DNA of 64,000 nucleotides, from contig JAUPSS010000001.1 in assembly GCA_040285825.1 (NCBI GenBank), forward strand, positions 3,968,001 through 4,032,000, written 5' to 3'. Positions 1-12,105 of this stretch are shown here, piece by piece (position 1 is the stretch's first letter; every line of letters begins with the position of its first letter). The DNA comes from Eukaryota sp. TZLM1-RC. Its lineage: Eukaryota > Protista > Metamonada: BaSk clade. The position numbers were made by a program, and so were the translations under genes. The notes below the pieces were generated by a model, which worked only from the letters and a program-made list of their open reading frames with translations, searched no databases and was not told the DNA's origin.

Positions 1-11
1 ATCAATCTCTT

Positions 12-2198
12 TTGCCAAATGTCTTTGTTTCAGAAACAATTCCTTCAATAGAAGAAGTTTCTTCAGCAGCTATTGACTTTAGCGAAGGTAAATTGGATGA
101 TGGTTTGTGTACTAAATTGGGGGACGCAATTAATGAGTTGAAGGAAAAGTACAAAATTGATGGAGTTGGTGCGCTTTATGACTGGGAACTCGTCAACATG
201 ACGGCATCTGGACGCTCAAAAATGATGATTTTGATTTTTTTTAACCCTGTCGATTCATTATTACCGGTCACTGAATCTGATTTTGCCCTTAATTACCTAT
301 ACCTCATTCGTTCTTTTCCACCCAATTCCACAAACCCAAATTTCCAATGGTTTTACCGTGCAATTTCTTGGTTCTTCGATGGTAAAGTTCCCTACAATGA
401 TAGTAAAAACAACCACTATTTTGGAGGTACTAGCCGAACCAATGTTTTCGATGCTTCTTATTGGGAAGAGCTGCAAGATCAACAGTGGGTATTGAAGCAG
501 AATGATTTACCCGTGATTGAGGAAATTTATTCTGCGTTCGATTTAGAAAGTTTGCCTGATTTCGCTCCTGTTAATTCCAGTGTAAGTTTATTTTGTGAAG
601 AAATTGTTGATACAATATTAGATAATGTTGAAATTGAGGTCCATAGAGTTCCAGAAATTATATTTTTAAAGGACTATTTGAATGACTTGATTGAAATAAT
701 TGATGTTGTCGATATCGTCTGTGAAGAAGCGTCTTGGATTACGATTCAAGAGGAGTTTAGTGAAAATTTGGTGCGTCAAGATGTCGAGGCTGAATATTTG
801 AAATTTTCAGAAGATTATCAAGCTGAGACAAGTCTTGATTTACACCAACTTGATCTCTATTTACCATTTATTTCACAAATGACTGAACAATTTAATGAAT
901 TATATTCATTTTCTTTTGAATTTTTGAATGTGTTGGATGAGCTGGAGACTATGAACACTATTATGGAACTACAATGCTCTGCTCAACGCGACTTGGAAGC
1001 TCAAGTTGATTATGAGCGGTCAAAAATACCAATCAAATCGTTTAATCAGACAAATGCTCCTATAGAACCAGTGGTTAAATTAACCAATGTACCTAGCTCA
1101 GTCAATATCAGTCTTGATGACCTCATTCGCTCAAAATCAGACGAGAATTCAGTTGACCAATGTGATGTAACACCTATAAAAAGTGCAAATTCTAGAAAAC
1201 ACTCGAGTCCTCGAAAATTCGGCAATATTTCAACTAAATCTACTTTATCTTCACCTTTAAAGTCAATCAAAGTCAGCCAACAGTTGTCAAGAGAAGCTAG
1301 ATCTACAGTTTCCGTGGTTAGGAGGTTAAATCGACATTATTCCGTTCCCAGTTTGATTGAATCAAATTTGATTGGCTCAGATGATGTGATTGTGTTGGAG
1401 ATTGAAAATTCTGAGTTTGAAGTACCCATGGATTTACTCTCCTCAAGTTTATTAGTAAAAGAGTATTCACCAAAAGACAAAATTTTGCTACCGACACTTG
1501 ACAAGGTGTCAGTTGAGCTCCTTTTGCAATATTTAATGAAGACAAAAGATCAACCCAGCTTGATGAATTTTTCAATCGACGATTCTCATGTTTTGGAAAT
1601 TTTGACGGCTTCCGAAATTTTGAGAGTTCCTGAATTATTGATCCTTTCTCTAGATGGTCTTTTCAGCCTGTCGGTCAACATTGATTCAATAATTTCAACT
1701 TGTCTGGGTTCCTTTTTCATGAGTTTGACTGTAGAAGACTGGCTACGTTATCAGAAGATTATTATTTCTCCTGTTTTTGACATTTTCTGGTATCTCCGTT
1801 GGCGTAAAGAATCTAATTCTGAATATCATTACCACGAAAATCTTCATCGATGGGTTTATGTCTATTCTAGTTTTCGAATAGAATCAATATTAAAGTCCAA
1901 AAATGCCAATCAAATTGATCGATCTGAACTTCATTTATGGTCTCTTCTAAGCCAGTTTGTCACTTCACTCAATCTTGATTGTGAAAATATAACTGACGCT
2001 TCAATTAAATTGATAACTTGCTTAGATAGCATCAAAACGCTTAATTTGTGTGCTTCTAACATCACCGATAATACTTTGGAATTAATTAAATTCAGTTTTC
2101 CCAGGTTGAAAGAATTAAATCTTTGTCTCACCAATGTTTCCAAACCACAACTAAATTCTTTGCAAATGGCTAGGAAAAGATTAAGTATTTTTGTGTGA
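12..2198 (+). CDS. BTB/POZ-like + C-terminal LRR protein (5' partial; frame open from window start)
   Basis: 728-aa ORF with a TTG pseudo-start. BTB-like segment IVLEIENSEFEVPMDLL...VELLLQYL...VLEILTASEILRVPEL. C-terminal LRRs (LNLDCENITDASIKLI; LNLCASNITDNTL; LKELNLCLTNVS). Confidence 0.65.
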   Translation: MPNVFVSETIPSIEEVSSAAIDFSEGKLDDGLCTKLGDAINELKEKYKIDGVGALYDWELVNMTASGRSKMMILIFFNPVDSLLPVTESDFALNYLYLIRSFPPNSTNPNFQWFYRAISWFFDGKVPYNDSKNNHYFGGTSRTNVFDASYWEELQDQQWVLKQNDLPVIEEIYSAFDLESLPDFAPVNSSVSLFCEEIVDTILDNVEIEVHRVPEIIFLKDYLNDLIEIIDVVDIVCEEASWITIQEEFSENLVRQDVEAEYLKFSEDYQAETSLDLHQLDLYLPFISQMTEQFNELYSFSFEFLNVLDELETMNTIMELQCSAQRDLEAQVDYERSKIPIKSFNQTNAPIEPVVKLTNVPSSVNISLDDLIRSKSDENSVDQCDVTPIKSANSRKHSSPRKFGNISTKSTLSSPLKSIKVSQQLSREARSTVSVVRRLNRHYSVPSLIESNLIGSDDVIVLEIENSEFEVPMDLLSSSLLVKEYSPKDKILLPTLDKVSVELLLQYLMKTKDQPSLMNFSIDDSHVLEILTASEILRVPELLILSLDGLFSLSVNIDSIISTCLGSFFMSLTVEDWLRYQKIIISPVFDIFWYLRWRKESNSEYHYHENLHRWVYVYSSFRIESILKSKNANQIDRSELHLWSLLSQFVTSLNLDCENITDASIKLITCLDSIKTLNLCASNITDNTLELIKFSFPRLKELNLCLTNVSKPQLNSLQMARKRLSIFV

Positions 2199-4709
2199 TT
2201 GTTTATTAAGTTTTGTTTCAAATCTTTGTTTTTGGTTTTTTTCATCTGGTTATTTTTTTGACTGATTTTCTTTCTTTTAGCTTGTTTTGGGAATGGATGT
2301 ATTGTTTCATATTGTATTATTTATTTATATTCAACATCCCAATAAAGTGTACTATATTTTGCTTTTTTTAGTAATGAGGCTAACTACAGTTTCCCAAATT
2401 CAAATATATATAGAAAATTCAAATAGATTTTTCCTGATAATGCCCCTTTTTAACTGATATACTACTTTTCTGATAAAATACATGACTGTAATACCACCAC
2501 TAATTGTCATCTAGGCTCTGTTTAAACAATGGCCTCAAATGCATCAAACTATCATCTTTGAATTATTGTCATTCATAAATGAAATAGTAGGGGAACTAAA
2601 CTGAAGAAATAAGTTGTTGCCTAAGCAGTGGTTACAAAAAATTGAACAAAGATTTGGCCTAAACTATTGTCAACAAGAAAAGAGTATTAGAATGAAAACC
2701 ATTCACTCAACCTATTAGTCTTTACACCATTTAAGAGTGTATTTAGACTTAGCTATTTGTTTCCAAACTTAGTTTAATCTATTTCAGTTTATGTCGACCT
2801 AACTAGTGATGTTATTGAAATTCGCTATAGCTCATTTCCCGCCGTGTTAATTTACAATACTTATCAATAAACTATTACCTATGTCCGACATTTCTAACCC
2901 TAGCCCTCCGGCAACAAACCCTGCCAATAGGAAATTTGGCCACTACGCCACATCTCAAATTGACTTTAAATACACCTAATGTAAACCGAATTTTGACCTT
3001 GATGCTACAATTTCAACCAATTCATTTAAAACTTGTGGAAATAGAACAACAATTAAGCACCTTATGGTATGGTTGATAGCTCTGTATTGAATAAAATAAT
3101 AACGCAAAAATTTGTTGAAAATGAACCTTTTATTCAAGCCAACCAAATATTTTAGAACCAAGATCTGTTTCGAGTTTTGAATGTACTTTGATGCAACTTT
3201 TCACCAGTGAATGTTGACTTTCAGGATTCCTTGATAACCTCGAATTGCATTGGGTACTTATGTGGAGCCAAGAAAAAGTTCTATGATGCGCTAAATTCTA
3301 CCAAACAAAAATTCAATATTTCATCATTGAAGTTTCGCTCAGGGATGAGAAAAGATGGAAAGACCTTCTTTGATGTTTCAGTTTATTGATACAACAGATC
3401 AAATACCTTGTTTCTATTTGTAGCTGAGACTCTGTAATCATCATTGGGTTCATACATGGTTCATTGATGAGTTTCTGTTTTTCAGCTAGGACAAAATAAA
3501 CTAAAAAATAAAAAAATGAATAAACCTAAGAAGAAGACGCTTGTTTTCCTTCTATACTATCGTAAATTCTGCCCTAAATCTCACTCTTACGACAACCCCA
3601 AAATAGAATTTCTGTTTGGAATACCGTTCGTATAAAGTGCTGGCTTTATGAACCATTATATAAACCAAGGATATTTCGATTTATATCTGTGTTTATTTCA
3701 TTTACTGTATGTCGACCAAATTTAATCATCAACTCCACAATTCGGGAGCAACTACATAAGGGTTAAGTCGTGTTCTTTGATTTCCAACTTGTCATTTTTC
3801 AACTACAAGGCCATCTGACTAAAATCGCAGAACTGTAGTCAGAATTTACAGTGTCATGACATAGCATGGCGAATCCACTTTGAGGAATACAGATGAGCAC
3901 TATACAAAAACTCAGAAATCAAAAACGGCCAACTTTCATTTCTAATATTGAATTCAACAGAATTCTGCGTTGAATATTATAATACAAATCTTGGTTATAG
4001 AATAGAATGAGATATCCTTGACATTAAATTACAAAAGATATATTAAATATACAGTGATTCACAAAAGCATGACCTAATGGATTAACTGCCGATGCTATTG
4101 ATCTTGCATGGAAAAGATTCAACATTAACTAAAATTGTAAACTGTACACTTCGAAACTCCAGAACAGTGTACAGCAGCTAAACTTCTTCATAGATTCTCA
4201 TTACTTGGTTCTTTGATCTTTAGATTTCTGCTTGTTGCCATGATACTGTCTCTCTCAATTTATAGAGATAATCGTAATTTTAGACAATAAGAGAAATCAC
4301 GAAGACTAGGTGATCCAGTCAATTGAATTGAAATCCAGTGCTGATGCTGAACCAAGAATCCCATAATCAATTCACGGTTGTTGTAATAATCAGGTACATA
4401 TGAACAAATAGGTTTGAAACAACCCTATAAGGAGATTATCCAACCAATAAAACAGTGTCGATAACTTTCACTTTCAAAGTTAACCTCAATGTGAGTTGGA
4501 GCTTGAACAAGTCAATCCTAATTTAGCATCAATAAAATCAGCCAACGCAAGTTCATGATGGCTATATCAACAACTACATCAACACAAAACACAAAATGAA
4601 TCTCTGTGATCAACAATACCGTGGGAGAGGGTGGAGCAACTTTCAATGGCGCATATTTTCAAATCGAAATTGACTTTCAATTCACCTCCTAATTACTTCT
4701 TCACTAGAA

Positions 4710-5502
4710 ATGTCGGCTCCTCAAGCACGCGAAGATTTTGTCTTTATGGCAAAGCTCAACGAAAACGCTGAGCGTTACGATGGTACTGTACTTTATTGCA
4801 GCAAGTCTTACCATAGAAATGGTCGCAAACATGAAAAAGGTTGCTGAGCTACAAATCGAACTCACTGTCGAAGAACGTAACCTTCTTTCTGTTGCCTACA
4901 AGAACGTTATCGGTGCCCGCCGTGCCTCTTGGAGAATAGTCTCTTCGATCGAACAGAAGGAGGAGAACAGGGGTGAACACCACCATGTACAAATGATTCG
5001 TTCCTATAAGAAGCAAATCGAAAACGAACTCGCTGAGATTTGCCAAGACATCCTCAAGATTGTTGATGACTTCCTTCTACCTTCATCCACGTCATCTGAG
5101 TCCAAGGTTTTCTATTACAAAATGAAGGGTGATTACTATCGCTACCTCGCTGAATTTTCGACAGAAATTGGCCGCAAGGAAGCCGCTGAAAAGTCACTTG
5201 AAGCGTACCAATCTGCCACAGAAATTGCATACAACCACCTCGCCCCAACTCACCCCATTAGACTGGGCTTGGCCTTGAACTTTTCAGTGTTTTACTATGA
5301 AATTCTAAATGCCCCTGAACGTGCTTGCAACCTTGCCAAAAACGCTTTTGATGATGCCATTGCTGAACTTGATTCTTTGGAAGAACAATCTTATAAAGAC
5401 TCTACTCTCATCATGCAACTTCTCAGAGACAACCTTACTCTATGGACAAGCGATATCCCCGAAACCTCAGAAGATACCCATGTGGAAGAAACTGAAGATT
5501 AA
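4710..5502 (+). CDS. 14-3-3 protein, 2 exons (4710-4782, 4817-5502)
   Basis: Splicing 4783-4816 restores [27 protein letters not shown]. Hallmark motifs [29 protein letters not shown] and [16 protein letters not shown]. Confidence 0.97.
4783..4816 (+). other. spliceosomal intron, 34 nt
   Basis: GTACTG...CTTACCATAG; removal restores conserved ERYDEM. Confidence 0.9.
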
Positions 5503-5610
5503 TTTGTTTTAAGTTGTTAACAATGTATGAATGACAATTTGACTCGGCATATATATAAAATAAAAGTTGAGTTTGTATATTTATTTTGAATTAATGATAA
5601 ACATTTAGCA

Positions 5611-6627
5611 CTAGCCCTGCACATCATGGTGAGGATCATCTTCCTGGACATCTCTTGGTAAATCACGTTGTCGTGATAGATCATGTTCAACAGACTGATC
5701 CACTTGCTCTGCGACTTGGTGTAATGGCTCTTGGGGAGCTTCATGTTCTTGTTGTTCCTCTTCATTTGGTCGTTCTTGGCGATGATTTCCCAACAATAAC
5801 CTTTCCAACCTAAATCCAGGTAAAAGACTTTGAACAAATAAAAAGAAATTACGTAGGAAAATATTGACAGGACGAGGTCTCCTTCCTTCCAGACGTGCAG
5901 GTATCCTGGCTCCAATGTTGCGTAACAAAAGAACGGCCAGAGAAGCTACGCCAGCGAGGACAAGCATCAATAAGGCTTTATTGATACCAATTGTACCAGT
6001 AACAAAAACAAAAAACAATAGTCCTCCTACAAGAAACTGTAGTGCTTCCCTGCGAATTCGAGGACGGACTACCGGTTCTGGACCAGTAGAAGGGCCTATA
6101 TGGGGTAGAAACTGTACATAGTTTTGTGGAATTGAACACTCCATGGATTGAACTGGTCTTCTGGAGAAAATAAAACGTCTACCCACGGCTTCTTCGTGTT
6201 TGGCAGCTAAACAATCACGTACTTGAGTGAGATAGTTTACCACTTCTGGAGGAACGCCCTGTGGGTATGATATTGGTGGAGTAGGTCCAGTGGGTCTCTG
6301 TACAGGTCTCGGTGTAGTTGGTGGAATAATTGGAGATTGGGGTTGATGATTTTGGGTTGTGTCTGATCGACTTACAACCAAATTAATAGTAATTTCGGGA
6401 AGTCTTCCAGGAACTATTTCTTGCATTGAGTTTGAATCATCAAGAAGGACACGGCCCATAAAGATTAGTTTTTGAGAGGATTGGGGAGCTCTTTCAGGAT
6501 GTTGATCTGAAATCATTCGTTTAATGTCTCCAACAGTTGTAGAACGTGGAAGCTCATTAAAAGAAAGTCTGCCTATAGAAGGATCGATAGATCTGATATG
6601 AATTGTAAGAGGTGGTAGATCGGTCAT
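5611..6627 (-). CDS. ubiquitin-like domain membrane protein (Herp-like architecture)
   Basis: N-terminal UBL (TVGDIKRMISDQHP..QKLIFMGRVLLDD), Pro-rich linker, two hydrophobic helices, acidic/Gln tail. Confidence 0.7.
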   Translation of the reverse strand: MTDLPPLTIHIRSIDPSIGRLSFNELPRSTTVGDIKRMISDQHPERAPQSSQKLIFMGRVLLDDSNSMQEIVPGRLPEITINLVVSRSDTTQNHQPQSPIIPPTTPRPVQRPTGPTPPISYPQGVPPEVVNYLTQVRDCLAAKHEEAVGRRFIFSRRPVQSMECSIPQNYVQFLPHIGPSTGPEPVVRPRIRREALQFLVGGLLFFVFVTGTIGINKALLMLVLAGVASLAVLLLRNIGARIPARLEGRRPRPVNIFLRNFFLFVQSLLPGFRLERLLLGNHRQERPNEEEQQEHEAPQEPLHQVAEQVDQSVEHDLSRQRDLPRDVQEDDPHHDVQG

Positions 6628-6899
6628 TCGTACAGATATCGTCTATAACAATGAAATAAGTGTCTTTGATATACCGATATAGAGGGTTTGTGTTTTTCGG
6701 AAGTGAAAGATTTTGATTGAACCTATCTTTGTGGCTCATTTTAGGTGTACAGGTCTATCTACATTCACATGGGCTTTCCCACCATCTTAGTTTGCAATTA
6801 TTATTTGTTGATAAATCTTACCGTCGATATTATTCTTATGTATCATATTAAATATTTTTATTTATTTATATCATGTTTATATTATTTTCTATTTATTAA

Positions 6900-7345
6900 A
6901 AAAAATAACAAAACATAACAAAACAAACTAAAACACATAAGAAACAAAATTCTCCACGCCAACTCTTGATGAATCCTTATACAGCTTGGACATCATTAGA
7001 CTCAAGTACTTGGGAACACTTCTGTACAAAGCGAAAATGATACGATTCTTCCATAAATTCCCTGCAAAATTCTTACCACTTGAACGGCATAAATTACCAA
7101 AATCATTGATAAAATTCAAGACGGACTGTCCAATGTTGCCAAAAATCGAAAAGGCAAAAGGAACAAACGAACACTTGGAGTAAAGATTCTTATTTAAATC
7201 ATTTAATATCTCAGTATATTTATCTCTTTTACGAACTTCAGCCTTGTTTAAATGACCATTAGCACTAAGTAAAACATCATCACGATAAATAAAAGCAGAG
7301 GCATCAACTGTAGTAAAATCAACAACAACTTGAGAGGAATCCACT
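6900..7345 (-). mobile_element. 5'-truncated non-LTR retrotransposon relic, RLE endonuclease end (CRE-like family A)
   Basis: VVVDFTTVD...KAEVRKRDKY...FVPFAFSIFGNIG. Clear nucleotide homologue at 30775-31510. Confidence 0.75.
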
Positions 7346-7889
7346 GTTTATATTATTCTTTTGTTTAATATACTTAATGAACGTATCAAATCTACAGTTT
7401 TGAGCCGAAAACCAAAAACTATTCAACTTCGTTTGCTGATAATTGAAAGTGTTACTCACCTACTATCTCTCCAATCAGATAGTTGACCAGTCTCTGTTTA
7501 TATTCGCTATTACAAGTAAAATGTTGGAAGTGAAGGCAATGTGTGATTGAAGTTTGACTGAGCCTTCAGAATGAAGTAATAAAGTTTGAAAATTGTGGAA
7601 AAACATAAACAATTGATTATCTTCCTCGTAGAACAGATCGTTGTTCCTCATTCTACAGTTTTTTGTAAAATGTTTCAACAATACCAATGATAGGGATTAT
7701 TTTATAAAAAAGCCTCTATCTAATGTGATTAAAGATGATTAGCATGATGTGCAAATTGAGGAAAAAAGTTGAGAAGTGACTGCAAGCGTCATGATGATAT
7801 TTGAAGTGCAAAATCACAGTTTCCTATGACAATGATTATCTACTTTACACTCTCGGATCATTATCTTGATTAAAATACCGCAGAAAATA

Positions 7890-8680
7890 TGAACACTGAT
7901 CACGCTGTCGATGATGATTGATTTACCACCTAGAAACATTAAGTTTGCAATTAATTCTTCCTTGAATGTTTTTCCTACTTCTGATAACCATTATCGATGG
8001 AAACTTTGTCGAAAAATGCCTGATGGATCGATCTCAACTAATGTCTGCTATGTGCTCATTATGTCAGTCTGGACCTGCTGCGCTGTGTAACATTTTATGC
8101 AGTTGTCAAAGTTATCGTATCACCGAAATACACAACAGACTAAATGGAGTCATGATTCAATTTTAAATAATTTTGTTAACCACTTACGTCCTTTCCTAGA
8201 TCATTATGATGTTTACTGCCTTATCACACAAATCATTACGTAATTTTAAGACCTGAACTAATCTTATCTCAAAAAATACAGATGAATCAAGAAGGAAGAC
8301 AGTCCTGTTTTGTGAGTTAACATCACCGATGGAACAATATTTAGTGAGTAGACATACACTAAAAAGTACAAAATATCAGAGTCTCGAATTGTTTTAAAAA
8401 GTTTCAGCAAGGGAAATAATTGCTAATAGCTGCATTTCATTGATGAAAAAATTACTCATTCCAAAGTCTACAATGAAAAACCGCATATAAAGAAAGGATT
8501 TCAAGCTCTCATGTGCTCGTACCGCCGCTGTTCAGCTAGGCAATCTCGTGTATGGTTACCTGATGGAGTAAAATGATAGAAACACCATGGGTGGTGGCTT
8601 AAACGTGTTTCAAGCTCAGTATTTCATTTTGATTGATGATAAGAAAAATTCTTTTTCTTAATTAAACGTATTTCATAATT
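7890..8680 (+). mobile_element. degenerate HERO/NeSL-like non-LTR retrotransposon 3' part (Zn knuckle + RLE)
   Basis: Frameshifted KFAINSSLNVFPTSDN..RWK, CSLC...NILCSC, PELILIS, VLFCELTSPME, KSTKY. Homologous to 40640-41430. Confidence 0.7.
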
Positions 8681-9381
8681 TTAATGGGTAACAGTGTCAT
8701 GTTTAAGTGCTAAAAATAATAAAGTAGAGTGGTATTCAATACATCAGCCATCAATACATCAACAGGATTTTTGAGGTCATGGCTGACATATGTCTGACAT
8801 ACCCCGGACATCTTTTTGTTGTTTACAGTGCTGTTGCTGTTTGGTGTGTGGTGTGCCTGTGACGCACAATAATTATTGTTGCCGTTAGGCATTATGCTAG
8901 CTGTATGTAGATGTATGTGTAAGGCGGGTTAAGATAAAGATAATTTTATTTAATGTTATTCCATATACTTAGGTACATAACTAGTGAGATACCTACACAT
9001 TCAACTCTATTGCTGATGCTCTGATTGATGAAGTTTCATATGTGCTAAGCTCAATTAATAGCTCGTCCTGCAGTCATTCAGTCCTCGTTTGGGAGATTTC
9101 AATGCTGGCGGTTGTAATTGTTCTGATTTATTAATTCGTAATTCAAAAGTACTCATTTCAAAACTTCAATCTTATGATTTTTTTAATTCCAGTGCATTTA
9201 TTGACCGAAACAAAGTTAACCATTGAATTTTATACAATTTGTATTCCTATTCTATGTTGTTCTCTTCCTTTGTACAACCATTGGTTGCTGGTGTTAGATG
9301 TTGGATAACATCAAATCACGTGTGATGACGTGGCGATAGTTTAAGTTTAGTATTTGTAATTTAATAAAGCTTTTCCTTTGG

Positions 9382-9996
9382 TCACTGCAGTGGAAACCAA
9401 CACTGGTGTAGTGTTTTCAGTACTTTATTACAAGATTTGACATGTTTTCTCAAGTTCAACTGTGTCTGAATAGAGTAAGCAACTAAGTAATATTGATAAG
9501 AAGTCCAGAAAACCAACACCAGACAAATCAATTGAAGTAGGGGTTCCAAAAACTGAAGATACAAGATTTTGCATTTCCGTAATAAAATTAAACCCCAAAG
9601 TAACATCATCAAACTTGTAAGTGTTTTAGATGAAAAAGTGGGTTACATTCTTAAATTCACCCTCCTTAATTTGAAATAAGCGATTCCTGTCTTTAAACAA
9701 GGTCGCGTGTCAATACTGTTGCTACAAGTACGAATGGAAGATCTTTGGTTCGAACATAAGCAAGCCCAATAGCTATTGAGCAAAGCTTGTCCGCAAAGGG
9801 GTCGAGCCATGCTCCGAATTCTGTTTGCAAGGAAAACTTTCGTGCAATAACACCATCAAAAAAATCCGTTATTGCCAGAACAAACAAAATTAAGATGGAG
9901 TAATAGTTTGTGAGCAGTTGTGAAAAATTGATAAAATACAGGAAGCAAGAAGATTCTAAACAAAGTGAGAGAATTTGGATGGAATATAAACAGCAT
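9382..9996 (-). pseudogene. CDP-alcohol phosphatidyltransferase (PgsA / cardiolipin synthase CRD1-like) pseudogene
   Basis: PNSLTLFRIFLLPVF; motif TDFFDGVIARKFSLQTEFGAWLDPFADK; RDLV; PTFSSK. Broken by +1 nt (~9908), -1 nt (~9696) and an in-frame TAA (9645-9643). Confidence 0.8.
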
Positions 9997-10811
9997 TTGA
10001 AGGCAAGAAAGAGCAAATGAGCAAATAATTACGATCTCTTTGTTTTCTCCATTCAGATAGATGACCAGTCTCTATTATGTTCTCTGATTTTGTAAGTGAA
10101 ACATCCAACTAGGTCCAGGTGTGGGGACTCAACATCATTGTGGTCCATGTAAATTTGAGATGTCTGAAATCAATAGACCATCTTCTCGGTTATGAATTTT
10201 GTTGATTCGGGGCCAAACAAGCATTTGTTTAGGTCCCGTCCAAACACAGAGGGAGAGGGGAAGGGAGAATTGTTGAGATAACTGAATGGGAAGGGAACAA
10301 GAGGTAAAGGAAGGAGAAGGAAACTGGAAAAAAACATAGAGTTAAGACGGAGTAACAACGACCAGAACAGCTAGAGGGTAAATCGAGCTGATGTTGATGA
10401 TCACTAATAGAGATACAGTGGATAGGCATTTGATACCACTGTGGAAATTTGCAATCAATTTGAAATTGCAATCAGCATGTCAAACATCGTGTCAGACAGC
10501 AAGATTATCTTGACTCTTCCCATTCCTCTAACATCATGCAGCAAAAGGAGAAACAAGATAACGAGGTACCGGACTCAGTTCCCACCTCCCTCTTCAACCT
10601 GTTCTTCACAGAACAGCAGAGTACTACTTCCCGAACTCCTCAGTCGGGAACAGTCATCCTGATCTACAGCAATAAACGAAACGTCAGAGCCTCGATTTCC
10701 TATTGGAATCGTTGTTCTGATCCTTCCGTGGGGGTAGAGTATTGCACTTTTTTCAGTCATCATGTGAGTCATCATATGGGTGCTGTTGAATCAGACATGG
10801 TGCTAATCACC

Positions 10812-10955
10812 TTGGATATGGGATGTTCTTCTTCGTGTTTTGTTTTGAATTGTTATTTTGATGTTATTGAGTTTGTTGTTTTTTGTGGTTTAGGTACTTG
10901 CACTTTGAATATGGGATGTTTTTCTTGTTTATGTTTTGTTTTGAATTGTTATACT
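10812..10955 (+). repeat. imperfect ~45-bp direct repeat (2 copies)
   Basis: ttggatatgggatgttcttcttcgtgttttgttttgaattgttat (~10812) and ttgaatatgggatgtttttcttgtttatgttttgttttgaattgttat (~10905). Confidence 0.75.
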
Positions 10956-10962
10956 GTATACT

Positions 10963-12105
10963 ATGGTCCAAGCTCAAATTACGAAATTCAAACCACCTGA
11001 GCAATTTGAATTTTGGTCTAATATTCTCGATTTAAACCAACCAATGCTCAAACAGAAGAGCTATAAATTTAACAACATTATCCACACAGATGGATTAAAT
11101 GATGCAGTAGAATTTGTTTGTCGGGATTTACAAGGCCAGAAATGTAAGCCAAACAACAAGGCTAGTATTTCTGATTTATATATTCATGATGTTGATGTTG
11201 ATACTTTTCAAGACAAACGAATTGTTTTTTGTGATCCTGGAAAACGTGAGTTATTGTATTTTGGGAGTAAAAAACGGATCAAGAATTAGCCATGGTTCCT
11301 CAGAATGAAACCGAACAGCAAAGAAATAGTCGGGTGATGAATCAAGACAAGAAGTACAAATGGTTAAGAATGACTCAGATGTCCTGGTCTTTGAAAATTT
11401 GGATGAATGAAAAGCAAAAACAATGGGCGACAAGGTATACTGAGGTAGATAGATTACGACAGGAATCAAATGATAGAGTCTTACGAAACAACAATCGAAG
11501 TTGCAAACACCGAATTATCTGCATTTGCTGCCAATTCAGCAACTTTTATAGATTTTTCCAACTTTATGGTTGCCAAACTTGGGCAAGTTTTTTGACAATT
11601 GACTTTTATAGTCTAGACTTGTGGAGCATTTATAAAATGCAAGCTTTTATTCACAAGCAAAAGACTGAAAGTTGGTTGTTAAAAAGTCTTGTTCAGCAGT
11701 TTGGCAATCCAAAAGACCCTTTAATACTAATGGGTGGTTATGGTAAAAAAGGTTTTAAGAATTTGAAACATCATCGACCTACACGTGGTATTGGATGGAT
11801 TCAATTTCTGAAAAGAAATGGATTTGAAGTATTGATGATTAATGAAGCTTTCAGCAAAATGTCCTGTTTGTTTTGAAAAGGTTGCTACGTTTTTGAGAAA
11901 AGCAAATCCCAGATTATATAAAAGAGAAAAGACTCCTGTTACTACATGTCATGGTTTATTAGCTTGTAACAGTGAGAGTTGCAAACTCAGTAACAAAGGC
12001 TCAACAAAGTTTTTCAATAGAAATAAGTTGGCTTGACTGAATGGGTTTACAATTGCCGAAGCCAGACTAAGTGGCAATGAAAGGCCTCAGTTTCTGTGTA
12101 GTTGA
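10963..12105 (+). mobile_element. Fanzor1 (TnpB-like RuvC nuclease) pseudogene, 5' truncated
   Basis: Across frameshifts: FNNIIHTDG; RIVFCDPGKREL (RuvC-I); QFGNPKD..LMGGY..PTRGIGW..LKRNGFEVLMINE (RuvC-II); CPVC..NPR..CHGLLACNSESC (Zn finger); FFNRNKLA*LN (RuvC-III, D>N); GNERPQFLCS*. Confidence 0.85.

Noticed and set aside
2881-4620. Coding-like decayed sequence (MSDISNPSPP...); similar stretches at 13600-14200, 16300-17050 and 37000-37900
   Set aside because: Possibly old pseudogenes, but no diagnostic motif or mutual homology could be established by eye.
4641-4651. 11-mer CGCCATTGAAA shared upstream of 14-3-3 (reverse) and dynein (17132-17142)
   Set aside because: Only two occurrences, in different orientation and spacing; compatible with chance.
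9643-9695. TAA read as Gln (hexamitid-type genetic code) to rescue in-frame stops
   Set aside because: Conserved genes here end at the expected position in TAA/TAG (14-3-3, FBA, DAD1, NSA2), and long ORFs contain no internal TAR.
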